Source: a virus
Virus record (IMG/VR): IMGVR_UViG_3300025141_000022
Coordinates: 32,001 to 96,000 of that record
Reading direction: 5' to 3' (one strand)
Length of the DNA: 64,000 nucleotides
Numbering within the stretch: position 1 is the first letter of the stretch; every line of letters starts with the position of its first letter. Both the position numbers and the translations under genes were made by a program. This document shows positions 1 to 7,452 of the stretch, one piece after another. The notes below the pieces were generated by a model that was not told the DNA's origin, ran no database searches, and saw only the letters and a program-made list of their open reading frames with translations.

Positions 1-23
1 TATGACATCTTTCAATAAATAAA

Positions 24-32
24 ACTATTTAT
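24..32 (+). promoter_or_regulatory. Putative phage late-promoter motif ACTATTTAT
   Basis: The same 9-mer (or with T at position 1) recurs in intergenic gaps upstream of ORFs at 4130, 4775, 32621 and 58738; here it lies upstream of ATG 60. Confidence 0.6.
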
Positions 33-59
33 TGCGTAAGACTCTAAAGGGAGAAGAAC

Positions 60-626
60 ATGTCATATAATTTTAGCACAGGAAGCCTGAAGGTTGGAGA
101 TTTATACTTTGAGAACGATTCCGATGGTGATACCGTAATTGATTTTAGTGAAGATACTATAGATTTTAAAATCAATAACGCCGTAATGGTTTCACTAAAT
201 ACAGCAGGACCACAAATTCGACATTCGGCCATCTCAAACGTTTCTAATGATACCATGGGCGGTGGTCAAGTTATATATGATGGAGCCGGCTCTTTAACTG
301 CTGGTCAACTCTATTATATGCATACGAGTTCTGCAACATGGACAGCGGCAAAAGCTTTACCAACAGGTAGTGAACAAGCCTTGCTGGGAATCGCTTTAGG
401 CTCCGCTGTATCTGATGGATTATTAGTCCAGGGCTCTTTCGATGTTTACAGTCACTTGAGTGGTGGGTTTGCTCCCGGTAAGCCGGTTTATTTGAGCACT
501 GCCGCAGGCAAACTTCAAACCATTCCACCATCTGGTTCTGGTGAGATTTTAAGACTTGTTGGATATTGTATGAGTAGCACTAATGTAGTTTGGTTTAGCC
601 CAAGCTCAACATGGATTGAATACTAA
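60..626 (+). CDS. Probable virion accessory protein (fibre/decoration-associated domain), 188 aa
   Basis: G/S/T-rich beta-type sequence with C-terminal LLGIAL..DGLLVQG..GF.PG.PVYLST.AG..P.GSG..LR.VGY, a pattern seen in phage fibre/decoration modules; follows the late motif. Confidence 0.5.
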   Translation: MSYNFSTGSLKVGDLYFENDSDGDTVIDFSEDTIDFKINNAVMVSLNTAGPQIRHSAISNVSNDTMGGGQVIYDGAGSLTAGQLYYMHTSSATWTAAKALPTGSEQALLGIALGSAVSDGLLVQGSFDVYSHLSGGFAPGKPVYLSTAAGKLQTIPPSGSGEILRLVGYCMSSTNVVWFSPSSTWIEY

Positions 627-628
627 AA

Positions 629-1768
629 ATGCCTGATATTGATGAAATAAATGGAGTAGATACAGATAATATCGCCAAAGTCAACGGCGTAGCCAAGTCT
701 AGCGTGGACGAGTTTATGCTTGGAGAGATGCCGTCAGGAGAAATAGCTACACGCTGGCTAATTGGCAGCACAAGTGGTAAAATGTATCACAGCACTCAAG
801 CTATGCCGGCATCATGGTCTGAATTGGTTGATTTGGGAGGAAATACTCATAAAGATGTTGTCATCGGGCAAGATAACAGTGGCAATAAGCGATGGCTAAT
901 TCACGCGTCCAATACTACTAACGAACTCATGTATGTTAATGATAGTGCCGATATGACCGATGCTAACAACTGGACGGCAAAAGATTTCGATCCAAACGCA
1001 AACAAAAATCAGGGAACTGGTGGACCAGCTGCCGCATGGGGGAATGGAGTTTGGATCCTCGGCGGTACAACTTCTGCTGAAACCCGCGATTCAACCACTT
1101 ATTATGACGGTCCTCAGAGGTCAACCGATGGTGGCGCAAATTGGACCAAATTAGATGTTGACAATACCGTAAATGATGGTATAAAGGTCGTGGCTTATAA
1201 GGGCGCAACGAGCAATCTTTGGTTTATGGGGATTGACAGGTATCTTTGGAAGTCTACCAACAACGGAGCATCTTGGGCACAGCCCACTGGCTGGCCAATC
1301 CAAATTGAATCCGGCAAGGATATTCATTGTTTGGCTTATGATGGAACTAATCGTTGGGTTGCCGCTTTGACCGGCGATAATATATGGTACAGCGACGACG
1401 ACTGCGAGACATGGACTGAAGCTGGTACTGGTGCATGGGCTGGAAACTGGGGCCCCCAATGCCTTGTTTACGCCGGCGGCAGTATTAATAAATGGATTCT
1501 GGCTGGTAATAACGGTAGATTGGCGTATAGCTCAGATGGTCAAAATTGGACAGCAATCTGGACAGGGAACGATTCTACTTGGAGTACCTCTCACATATAT
1601 GATGTAGCAACGGATGGCAGCACAGTTGTTATTGTTGGTGCTAGCGGCAAAATTGCAACAAGCACAAATGGAACTAGCTTTACTAATCGTTCTATTAGTG
1701 GCGTAAGCACCACTTTCTGGTCGATAGATTGCAATGTTATTGGAGCCGGCGCACGAGGCGGTGCGTAG
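629..1768 (+). CDS. BNR/Asp-box beta-propeller protein, likely virion-associated, 379 aa
   Basis: Five Asp-box-like repeats: STDGGANW, STNNGASW, SDDDCETW, SSDGQNW, STNGTSF; Trp/Gly-rich blades; short N-terminal INGV..IAKVNGV module. Confidence 0.75.
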   Translation: MPDIDEINGVDTDNIAKVNGVAKSSVDEFMLGEMPSGEIATRWLIGSTSGKMYHSTQAMPASWSELVDLGGNTHKDVVIGQDNSGNKRWLIHASNTTNELMYVNDSADMTDANNWTAKDFDPNANKNQGTGGPAAAWGNGVWILGGTTSAETRDSTTYYDGPQRSTDGGANWTKLDVDNTVNDGIKVVAYKGATSNLWFMGIDRYLWKSTNNGASWAQPTGWPIQIESGKDIHCLAYDGTNRWVAALTGDNIWYSDDDCETWTEAGTGAWAGNWGPQCLVYAGGSINKWILAGNNGRLAYSSDGQNWTAIWTGNDSTWSTSHIYDVATDGSTVVIVGASGKIATSTNGTSFTNRSISGVSTTFWSIDCNVIGAGARGGA

Positions 1769-2709
1769 TGCCTGTTGATAAGGTATTCTATAATCAATCT
1801 TCATCGGCTAAGCTGGGATGGGAACCATCTTGGTTTGGGTGTAAATACAATGATGATGAATTAGTTGAAGCTGTCGAGCTATGGCAAAGAGAGAGAGGTC
1901 TGGATGACGACGGTCTAGTAGGGCCAGCAACATATAGAAGAATCTGGACCGACCGAGAATCAGAAATATCAGATTATAAACCTTCCCCTGGTGGATACCG
2001 ATGGACAAAACAACGCTGTGACGAACAAAAGCATATTGTACATAATGGTAAATTTTATGAAATTGATTGGGACAAGGTGGTACTTTGGGACGAAGACGAT
2101 GGTTTAACCACAGATGATGGCAACTATTACGATTATGCCGGAAAGGAAGACCGCAAGCCAACCATATTTGTTAATCATTGGGATGTGTGTTTATCCTCCG
2201 AATCATGCTCAAAAGTATTGTCGAGAAGAGGAATTTCAGTTCATTTCTGCATAGATAACGATGGTACAATTTATCAGCTATTAGATACTCAACATGGCGC
2301 TTGGCATGCCGGTATTGGTAGAGTAAATCATGCTTCTGTAGGAGTAGAAATTAGTAACGCTTACTATACCAAACATCAAGATTGGTATGAAAGAAATGGA
2401 TTCGGCAAACGTCCAGTTGTTAAAAAGGGTGAGGCAAGAGTGCATGGGCGAGGGTTAGATGAGCATTTAGACTTTTATCCAATTCAAATAGAAGCCTTAA
2501 AAGCTTTGTGGAAAGCAGTACATCAAGCTCTAGATATTCCCTTGGAAGTGCCTATGGATGGCGATGAGTTATTAACTGCTGTTCATAAGGATTCTTCGCG
2601 AGCTAAGTTTAAAGGATTTGTAAATCACTATAATTTAACTGAAAGAAAGATTGATTGCGCCGGCCTGGATTTATTACAAATTGCAAACGATGTAAAAGAC
2701 GAATTATAG
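1768..2709 (+). CDS. Endolysin: peptidoglycan-binding domain plus N-acetylmuramoyl-L-alanine amidase (Amidase_2-like)
   Basis: PG-binding signature AVELWQRERGLDDDGLVGPATY; amidase motifs VNHWD, SVHFCIDNDGTIYQ, AWHAG, SVGVEI, HYNL..KIDC. Start set at GTG 1768, overlapping the upstream TAG (ORF track starts at 1729). Confidence 0.85.
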   Translation: MPVDKVFYNQSSSAKLGWEPSWFGCKYNDDELVEAVELWQRERGLDDDGLVGPATYRRIWTDRESEISDYKPSPGGYRWTKQRCDEQKHIVHNGKFYEIDWDKVVLWDEDDGLTTDDGNYYDYAGKEDRKPTIFVNHWDVCLSSESCSKVLSRRGISVHFCIDNDGTIYQLLDTQHGAWHAGIGRVNHASVGVEISNAYYTKHQDWYERNGFGKRPVVKKGEARVHGRGLDEHLDFYPIQIEALKALWKAVHQALDIPLEVPMDGDELLTAVHKDSSRAKFKGFVNHYNLTERKIDCAGLDLLQIANDVKDEL

Positions 2710-2726
2710 AATTTATTAAAAAAACG

Positions 2727-2755
2727 TTGACAGTCGCCTATAAATGGGATATAAT
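2727..2755 (+). promoter_or_regulatory. Consensus sigma70 promoter
   Basis: TTGACA (2727-2732), 17 bp spacer, TATAAT (2750-2755), A-tract upstream, AGGAG RBS before TTG 2778. Confidence 0.88.
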
Positions 2756-2777
2756 ATAACCAAATATAGGAGAAAAA

Positions 2778-3293
2778 TTGAATATCTTTGCATTAGAAGG
2801 AAAAGACAATACCATAGATTGGGTAGCATCTGCAAAATCACAAGACAATTATCGTGTTGTTAAAATGATATTAGAGTCATGTCAAATGCTCTGTACAGCA
2901 ATTAACGAATTGTCTGGCGATCACGTTGCCCCATATCGTTCAACCCATAAACACCATCCAAGTACGAAGTGGGTTATGGCTTCATCTGCAAATTTTGAAG
3001 CTCTGGTTGAACACACGGAAGCGATGTTACAAGAATATACCGAACGTTTCAACAAGGTACATAAATGTGCCTCTGTGTTGGTAAAGTGTATAGACTTGTA
3101 TGATCCGAATCTATTTCCTCAAAGCAAGCCAACGAAATTGCCGTTAGCTATGCCGTATGAATTTCATAGTGATGATATCATAGAATCATATCGCAAGTTC
3201 TATGCTTCAAAACCAAGAATCAGGTATCCTGAAAATAAGATTCCATCATGGTTTGTACAATATCGCGGAAATAAAAAATATCAAGTGGTGTAA
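2778..3293 (+). CDS. Pyrimidine-dimer DNA glycosylase / T4 DenV-like family protein
   Basis: MNIF..VVKMILESCQMLCTA..YRSTHKHHPSTKW..EYTERFNKVHKC..PLAMP..ESYRKFY pattern; TTG start with RBS. Confidence 0.7.
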   Translation: MNIFALEGKDNTIDWVASAKSQDNYRVVKMILESCQMLCTAINELSGDHVAPYRSTHKHHPSTKWVMASSANFEALVEHTEAMLQEYTERFNKVHKCASVLVKCIDLYDPNLFPQSKPTKLPLAMPYEFHSDDIIESYRKFYASKPRIRYPENKIPSWFVQYRGNKKYQVV

Positions 3294-3814
3294 TGCGAGA
3301 TAAAACAAGAAAAGAAAGGTATGATAACAAAAAAAGACTGGCTAAAACTTATCCTATTGGCCTCTGCTGTGTTAATTTCAAGTATGACGGTAACTTCGCT
3401 TATCTTATCAGAGCCGCCGCATGTTTTGGGGCTGATACAATTCATGTTATAGGTTCTACACCACCGAGAGCGGTACTGAATCCGCTTTCAGGAAGTTTAT
3501 ACGATTATGTCAAAATTAAAGAATACAGTTCGCCAATGGCTTTTCTCGATTATACTAGAGACAACCAGACTAGATTGGTGGCTGCGGAAATATGTCAAGG
3601 TGCAGAGCCCATTGCGTCTTATCATTTCGATTTCCGCAGCCCTACTGTTTTGGTGGTGGGTCACGAAGAATTAGGAATCCCAGTAGAGATTCTAAAGAAC
3701 AGTGATAAGGTATATATTCCTATGCCTGGAATTGGGTATTGCTTAAATACTTCTCAAGCAGCAAATATAATGTTGTATGAAGCCACCAAACGATTTGAAC
3801 AGCAAGCGAGGTAA
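3293..3814 (+). CDS. SpoU/TrmH-family (SPOUT) RNA 2'-O-methyltransferase
   Basis: GNFAYLIRAAACFG (motif 1), VLVVGHEELGI (motif 2), VYIPMPG..CLNTSQAANIMLYE (motif 3). Confidence 0.9.
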   Translation: MRDKTRKERYDNKKRLAKTYPIGLCCVNFKYDGNFAYLIRAAACFGADTIHVIGSTPPRAVLNPLSGSLYDYVKIKEYSSPMAFLDYTRDNQTRLVAAEICQGAEPIASYHFDFRSPTVLVVGHEELGIPVEILKNSDKVYIPMPGIGYCLNTSQAANIMLYEATKRFEQQAR

Positions 3815-3815
3815 T

Positions 3816-4010
3816 ATGGACACTAGAGATTTATGGGAAGAACACATAAACGGTTTGACGAAACAGGTTGCATATCTGTTACACAAAGTAAAAGAAATGG
3901 AAGAGAGGGCCCAGTATTTTGAAGAGGTGGTGATAACATTGATTACTGCTTTGAAAAATGCTGGCGTTATTGTGGACGATGAGTCTGGCGACAACCAAAT
4001 GCCATCGTAG
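3816..4010 (+). CDS. Hypothetical coiled-coil protein, 64 aa; stop codon lies inside the tRNA
   Basis: ATG 3816 follows GAGG and the upstream TAA; heptad-like sequence; ORF track starts at 3777. Confidence 0.55.
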   Translation: MDTRDLWEEHINGLTKQVAYLLHKVKEMEERAQYFEEVVITLITALKNAGVIVDDESGDNQMPS

Positions 4011-4076
4011 CTCAGTTGGTAGAGCAGCTGATTTGTAATCAGCCGGTCGTAGGTTCGAATCCTATCGATGGCTCCA
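4001..4076 (+). tRNA. trnT: tRNA-Thr (anticodon UGU), encoded CCA
   Basis: Acceptor GCCATCG/CGATGGC, D arm GCTC..GAGC, anticodon stem GCTGA/TCAGC with loop TTTGTAA, T loop TTCGAAT, 3' CCA at 4074-4076. Confidence 0.97.
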
Positions 4077-4110
4077 CAATCTATATTTTGTGCTTTAAGT
4101 TTTTTTAATA

Positions 4111-4119
4111 TCTATTTAT
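4111..4119 (+). promoter_or_regulatory. Putative late-promoter motif TCTATTTAT
   Basis: Matches the recurring motif, just upstream of ATG 4130. Confidence 0.5.
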
Positions 4120-4129
4120 ACTTAGAATA

Positions 4130-4378
4130 ATGGAACTGATTGTAGGAATATTCTTTGGCTTCTTCTTTGGGTTGTGTGTAGGGCTTCTATACGAGAACCA
4201 GAGAAAAAAACGAGTTAGCGAGCTAAGCCAAAAGCAAGAATTGTATCTTTATATGAAAGAACTTGAATTACAAAAGATGCTATATGATATGGAACATGAG
4301 CAAGTGACACAAGAACCAATTAAAGATAATGTGTTACCATTTAAAAATGTTTCTGACACCGATAAAAAACGTAAATAA
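4130..4378 (+). CDS. Small membrane protein with a single N-terminal TM helix, 82 aa
   Basis: Hydrophobic LIVGIFFGFFFGLCVGLLY followed by basic QRKKR. Confidence 0.65.
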   Translation: MELIVGIFFGFFFGLCVGLLYENQRKKRVSELSQKQELYLYMKELELQKMLYDMEHEQVTQEPIKDNVLPFKNVSDTDKKRK

Positions 4379-4393
4379 AAAATAGGAGCTAAA

Positions 4394-4732
4394 ATGCGAA
4401 ATCATATAAATTTTCCCGTCTCTGAGCTTAAAGAAAAGCTATTAGAGGAGTTGGAACAGTGGCGTTCAGACGCCCTATTGATTCCAAAGGGGACAACTGT
4501 ATGTAGAAATAAGTGGGGCCACAATAACTTTGGCTATCCTAGAGAAGCGGAACCTGTCAAATTAGGAAAGGACATACATGCTAAAAAACTATCCTGGGTA
4601 GGAGGTTCAACTGATTGGATTCCATATCAGATTAAAGATGATGCACCATGTCTCAAACAAGAGGTAGACGAGCTTACTAATGAACCAAAAGTAATAGTTA
4701 TTGGCAATGTTATGTGGGTAAAGAAAGAATAA
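4394..4732 (+). CDS. Hypothetical protein, 112 aa
   Basis: AGGAG RBS upstream; fills the gap; no recognised motif. Confidence 0.65.
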   Translation: MRNHINFPVSELKEKLLEELEQWRSDALLIPKGTTVCRNKWGHNNFGYPREAEPVKLGKDIHAKKLSWVGGSTDWIPYQIKDDAPCLKQEVDELTNEPKVIVIGNVMWVKKE

Positions 4733-4744
4733 TATTCTATTCAC

Positions 4745-4753
4745 ACTATTTAT
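4745..4753 (+). promoter_or_regulatory. Putative late-promoter motif ACTATTTAT
   Basis: Exact copy in the intergenic gap upstream of phoH ATG 4775. Confidence 0.6.
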
Positions 4754-4774
4754 TTACAAGACCAAGAAGTACTA

Positions 4775-6109
4775 ATGGCAAAAAAAACATACGTCCTAGA
4801 TACTAGCGTTTATCTAACAGACCACAATTCAATTTATAGTTATAAGAACAACGATATCATTGTGCCCTTAAAGGTACTTGAAGAGATCGATGCGCATAAA
4901 AAAAGACAAGACAGCGTTGGCACAAATGCACGCTCAATTATAAGAACCTTGGACTCCTTGCGCGAACGAGGGAATCTCTGCCACGGTGTGAGATTAGGAA
5001 AAGGTCGCGGCATCGTCAGTGTGTGTAAAGGTAAAACTAGCTTACTCCCAGCAGACTTAAATTCTTCTCACCCAGATCATGTTATAATCTCTACTGCTTT
5101 AGCAGCTAAGGAAGAGAATCCATCACGAAAAATAATTGTCGTCACCCGCGATATAAACATGCGAGTCATTTGCGATTCACTATCGCTGGAGTGTGAAGAT
5201 TATATACACTCTCAGGCTGTAGAACAAGTTGAAAATGTATATAGCGGATTTGCTGAACATTTGGTGGATGATCCAATTATCGATCAGTTTTATGAAGGCG
5301 AAAAAATATACATTGAAGGCAACTTTTATCCTAACCAATTTGTTATGCTCATATCCAATGCCAATGAGAAAAAAACGGCATTAGCTAGATATATGGGCTC
5401 TGATAGAGCATTGCTTCAAGCCGGCTTTTATAAAGAGGGAGTCTGGGGTATAAACCCAAGAAATAAAGAACAAGTGTTTGCAATGGACTTGTTGATGGAC
5501 CAAAGTGTGAACGTAATCACTCTAGTTGGTCAAGCAGGCTCCGGTAAGACGCTCTGTGCCATTGCTGCTGGCTTGCAGCAGACATTACAGGCACCAAGTG
5601 GTAATAACAAGCGGAACGCCTTAGAACCGAAATATAAGCGCTTAATCGTATCCCGACCAGTTCAGCCTCTTGGCAGAGACATTGGGTTCTTGCCCGGCTC
5701 AATGGAGGAGAAGATGTCTCCTTGGTTGCGGCCCATTCAAGATAACCTTCAGTTTCTTATGGGAAATGACAGAGAAACACTCGAAATGTATATGAGTAAG
5801 GGCGTAATTGATATTGAGGCGCTAACTTATATTAGGGGTCGTTCTATTTCGAATGCATTTATTATTATTGATGAAGCGCAGAACTTAACAAGTCACGAAC
5901 TTAAGACTATAGTTACACGAGTTGGTGAAAATACAAAAATTGTTTTTACTGGTGACATTGAGCAAATAGATAATGTCTATATTGATGAAACGACGAATGG
6001 CCTAACAAACGCGGTAGAGAAATTTAAACATTATGATCTATCTGGCCATATTACGCTTATTAAAGGCGAGCGTTCCAAGGTAGCGACCTTGGGCGCAAAA
6101 ATATTATAA
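4775..6109 (+). CDS. phoH: PhoH-family ATPase with N-terminal PIN domain (PhoH2/YlaK type), 444 aa
   Basis: PIN motifs YVLDTSVYL, VLEEID, VVTRDINMR; Walker A GQAGSGKT; PhoH motifs IGFLPG, YIRGRS, IIIDEAQN, TRVGENTKIVFTGDIEQID. Confidence 0.93.
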   Translation: MAKKTYVLDTSVYLTDHNSIYSYKNNDIIVPLKVLEEIDAHKKRQDSVGTNARSIIRTLDSLRERGNLCHGVRLGKGRGIVSVCKGKTSLLPADLNSSHPDHVIISTALAAKEENPSRKIIVVTRDINMRVICDSLSLECEDYIHSQAVEQVENVYSGFAEHLVDDPIIDQFYEGEKIYIEGNFYPNQFVMLISNANEKKTALARYMGSDRALLQAGFYKEGVWGINPRNKEQVFAMDLLMDQSVNVITLVGQAGSGKTLCAIAAGLQQTLQAPSGNNKRNALEPKYKRLIVSRPVQPLGRDIGFLPGSMEEKMSPWLRPIQDNLQFLMGNDRETLEMYMSKGVIDIEALTYIRGRSISNAFIIIDEAQNLTSHELKTIVTRVGENTKIVFTGDIEQIDNVYIDETTNGLTNAVEKFKHYDLSGHITLIKGERSKVATLGAKIL

Positions 6110-6116
6110 AAAAAAC

Positions 6117-6145
6117 TTGACATAACCATGTAGTATGGTTATACT
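6117..6145 (+). promoter_or_regulatory. Sigma70-type promoter containing a perfect inverted repeat
   Basis: TTGACA (6117-6122), 17 bp, TATACT (6140-6145), upstream A-tract; ATAACCAT-N5-ATGGTTAT spans 6122-6142; GGAG RBS before ATG 6164. Confidence 0.82.
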
Positions 6146-6163
6146 AAGATTGGAGTATACACT

Positions 6164-6448
6164 ATGGAACAAAATCCTGACTTAACCAAAGCAATTGAGA
6201 AAGACTCGCCAATTAAAGAATGGCTAGTTGATTATGTTGGACAAGAGCACGATCCAGAAGATGGTGACGTAACTGTAGAAATGATTATCGATACCATGGC
6301 AAATGAGTTTCCAGAATTCTTGATGGTCTTGGCCGAGGAGAACTGGATCCGAGGATATCAACAGGCCATGTTTGATATTGATGACGCTGAAAAAGAAATT
6401 GCAAAGTTAGAGCATCAAAATGAATTAACCAATGACACAAAATCCTGA
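6164..6448 (+). CDS. Hypothetical acidic protein, 94 aa
   Basis: First ORF after the promoter, with RBS; no recognised catalytic motif. Confidence 0.7.
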   Translation: MEQNPDLTKAIEKDSPIKEWLVDYVGQEHDPEDGDVTVEMIIDTMANEFPEFLMVLAEENWIRGYQQAMFDIDDAEKEIAKLEHQNELTNDTKS

Positions 6449-7154
6449 CACAAGAACACATCTAGAAGAGTATTTAAAAGAGAGCACTGAACGAAATATG
6501 TCTGAGCGAAAAGAATATTCTCTATATAACCGTATGCCGGTATATGTAAAAGACGCTCTTCCGCAAAAGGTAAGTTTGGTGAGCGTTATTCAAAAAATTG
6601 AAGATTTCATTCCGGTCCATCTATTATCTCATCTAGAAATGATTATAGTAGCACACTTACCAGAATTTGATGAAAGGGATATTACGGCAGTATTTAAGGA
6701 CGGTGCTATATATGTTTCGAATCAGCAGGAAGATGAGCAAGAGTTGTTTGAAGATATGGTTCATGAGATTGCCCACGCTGTAGAACATGCTTACCCGCAA
6801 GATATATATGCTGACGGAAAAATAGAGGGAGAGTTTTTAGTTAAACGCAGAACGCTATATCAGACACTAAAAACAAACAATTATTTAAATGATAAGGTGA
6901 TTGCAAAACATTTTTTCGATGTGGAATATTCACAAAAGCTAGATATGTTTTTCTATAGGGATGTTGGGTACGATGCATTGAGCATGTTAACTGTTGGTTT
7001 ATTTGTGTCACCATATGGCGCCACGTCCCTTAGAGAATACTTCGCAAATGGATTTGAAGAATACTTTACTGGCGAACCACACAATCTAAAGAAAATATCG
7101 CCACAACTCTATATAAAGTTTCAGAATTTGGTAGAAAAAGGAGAGATGTACTAA
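6432..7154 (+). CDS. Zinc metallopeptidase-like protein (HExxH; lethal-factor/MtfA-like signature)
   Basis: VHEIAHAVEH zinc motif and downstream ATSLREYFANGFE supplying the third-ligand Glu. Confidence 0.7.
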   Translation: MTQNPDTRTHLEEYLKESTERNMSERKEYSLYNRMPVYVKDALPQKVSLVSVIQKIEDFIPVHLLSHLEMIIVAHLPEFDERDITAVFKDGAIYVSNQQEDEQELFEDMVHEIAHAVEHAYPQDIYADGKIEGEFLVKRRTLYQTLKTNNYLNDKVIAKHFFDVEYSQKLDMFFYRDVGYDALSMLTVGLFVSPYGATSLREYFANGFEEYFTGEPHNLKKISPQLYIKFQNLVEKGEMY

Positions 7155-7155
7155 A

Positions 7156-7443
7156 ATGAAATATACAATTAAAAAGAATGCTAAAAAGAAGACAGTCGAA
7201 CTGCACATGAAGTGTGAACTAGTATCTGGTTCACGTTATGCTAGTAAGCAAAAATACCGTACAGAAGATGCATGTCGAATCTTAGAAGAAAATGGAATAA
7301 CGGTGGGCGCATGTTTACAGAAGGCCACTGTTAGTAATTGGTACGAGGATAGAACCGAGGGCACTTGGGTGTTTGAAATGAAGGGTGCTTCAGCGCCGAA
7401 GACCGCCCCTAAAGCCACTACAACTACAACTGCACAAAAATAG
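7156..7443 (+). CDS. Hypothetical basic protein, 95 aa
   Basis: Tightly packed ORF with a K/A/T-rich C-terminal tail; no motif. Confidence 0.65.
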   Translation: MKYTIKKNAKKKTVELHMKCELVSGSRYASKQKYRTEDACRILEENGITVGACLQKATVSNWYEDRTEGTWVFEMKGASAPKTAPKATTTTTAQK

Positions 7444-7452
7444 AGGTGTTAT

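Noticed and set aside
4001-4076. tRNA as a prophage attachment site
   Set aside because: No integrase, no duplicated tRNA 3' end and no host genes; the window is uniformly phage-like.
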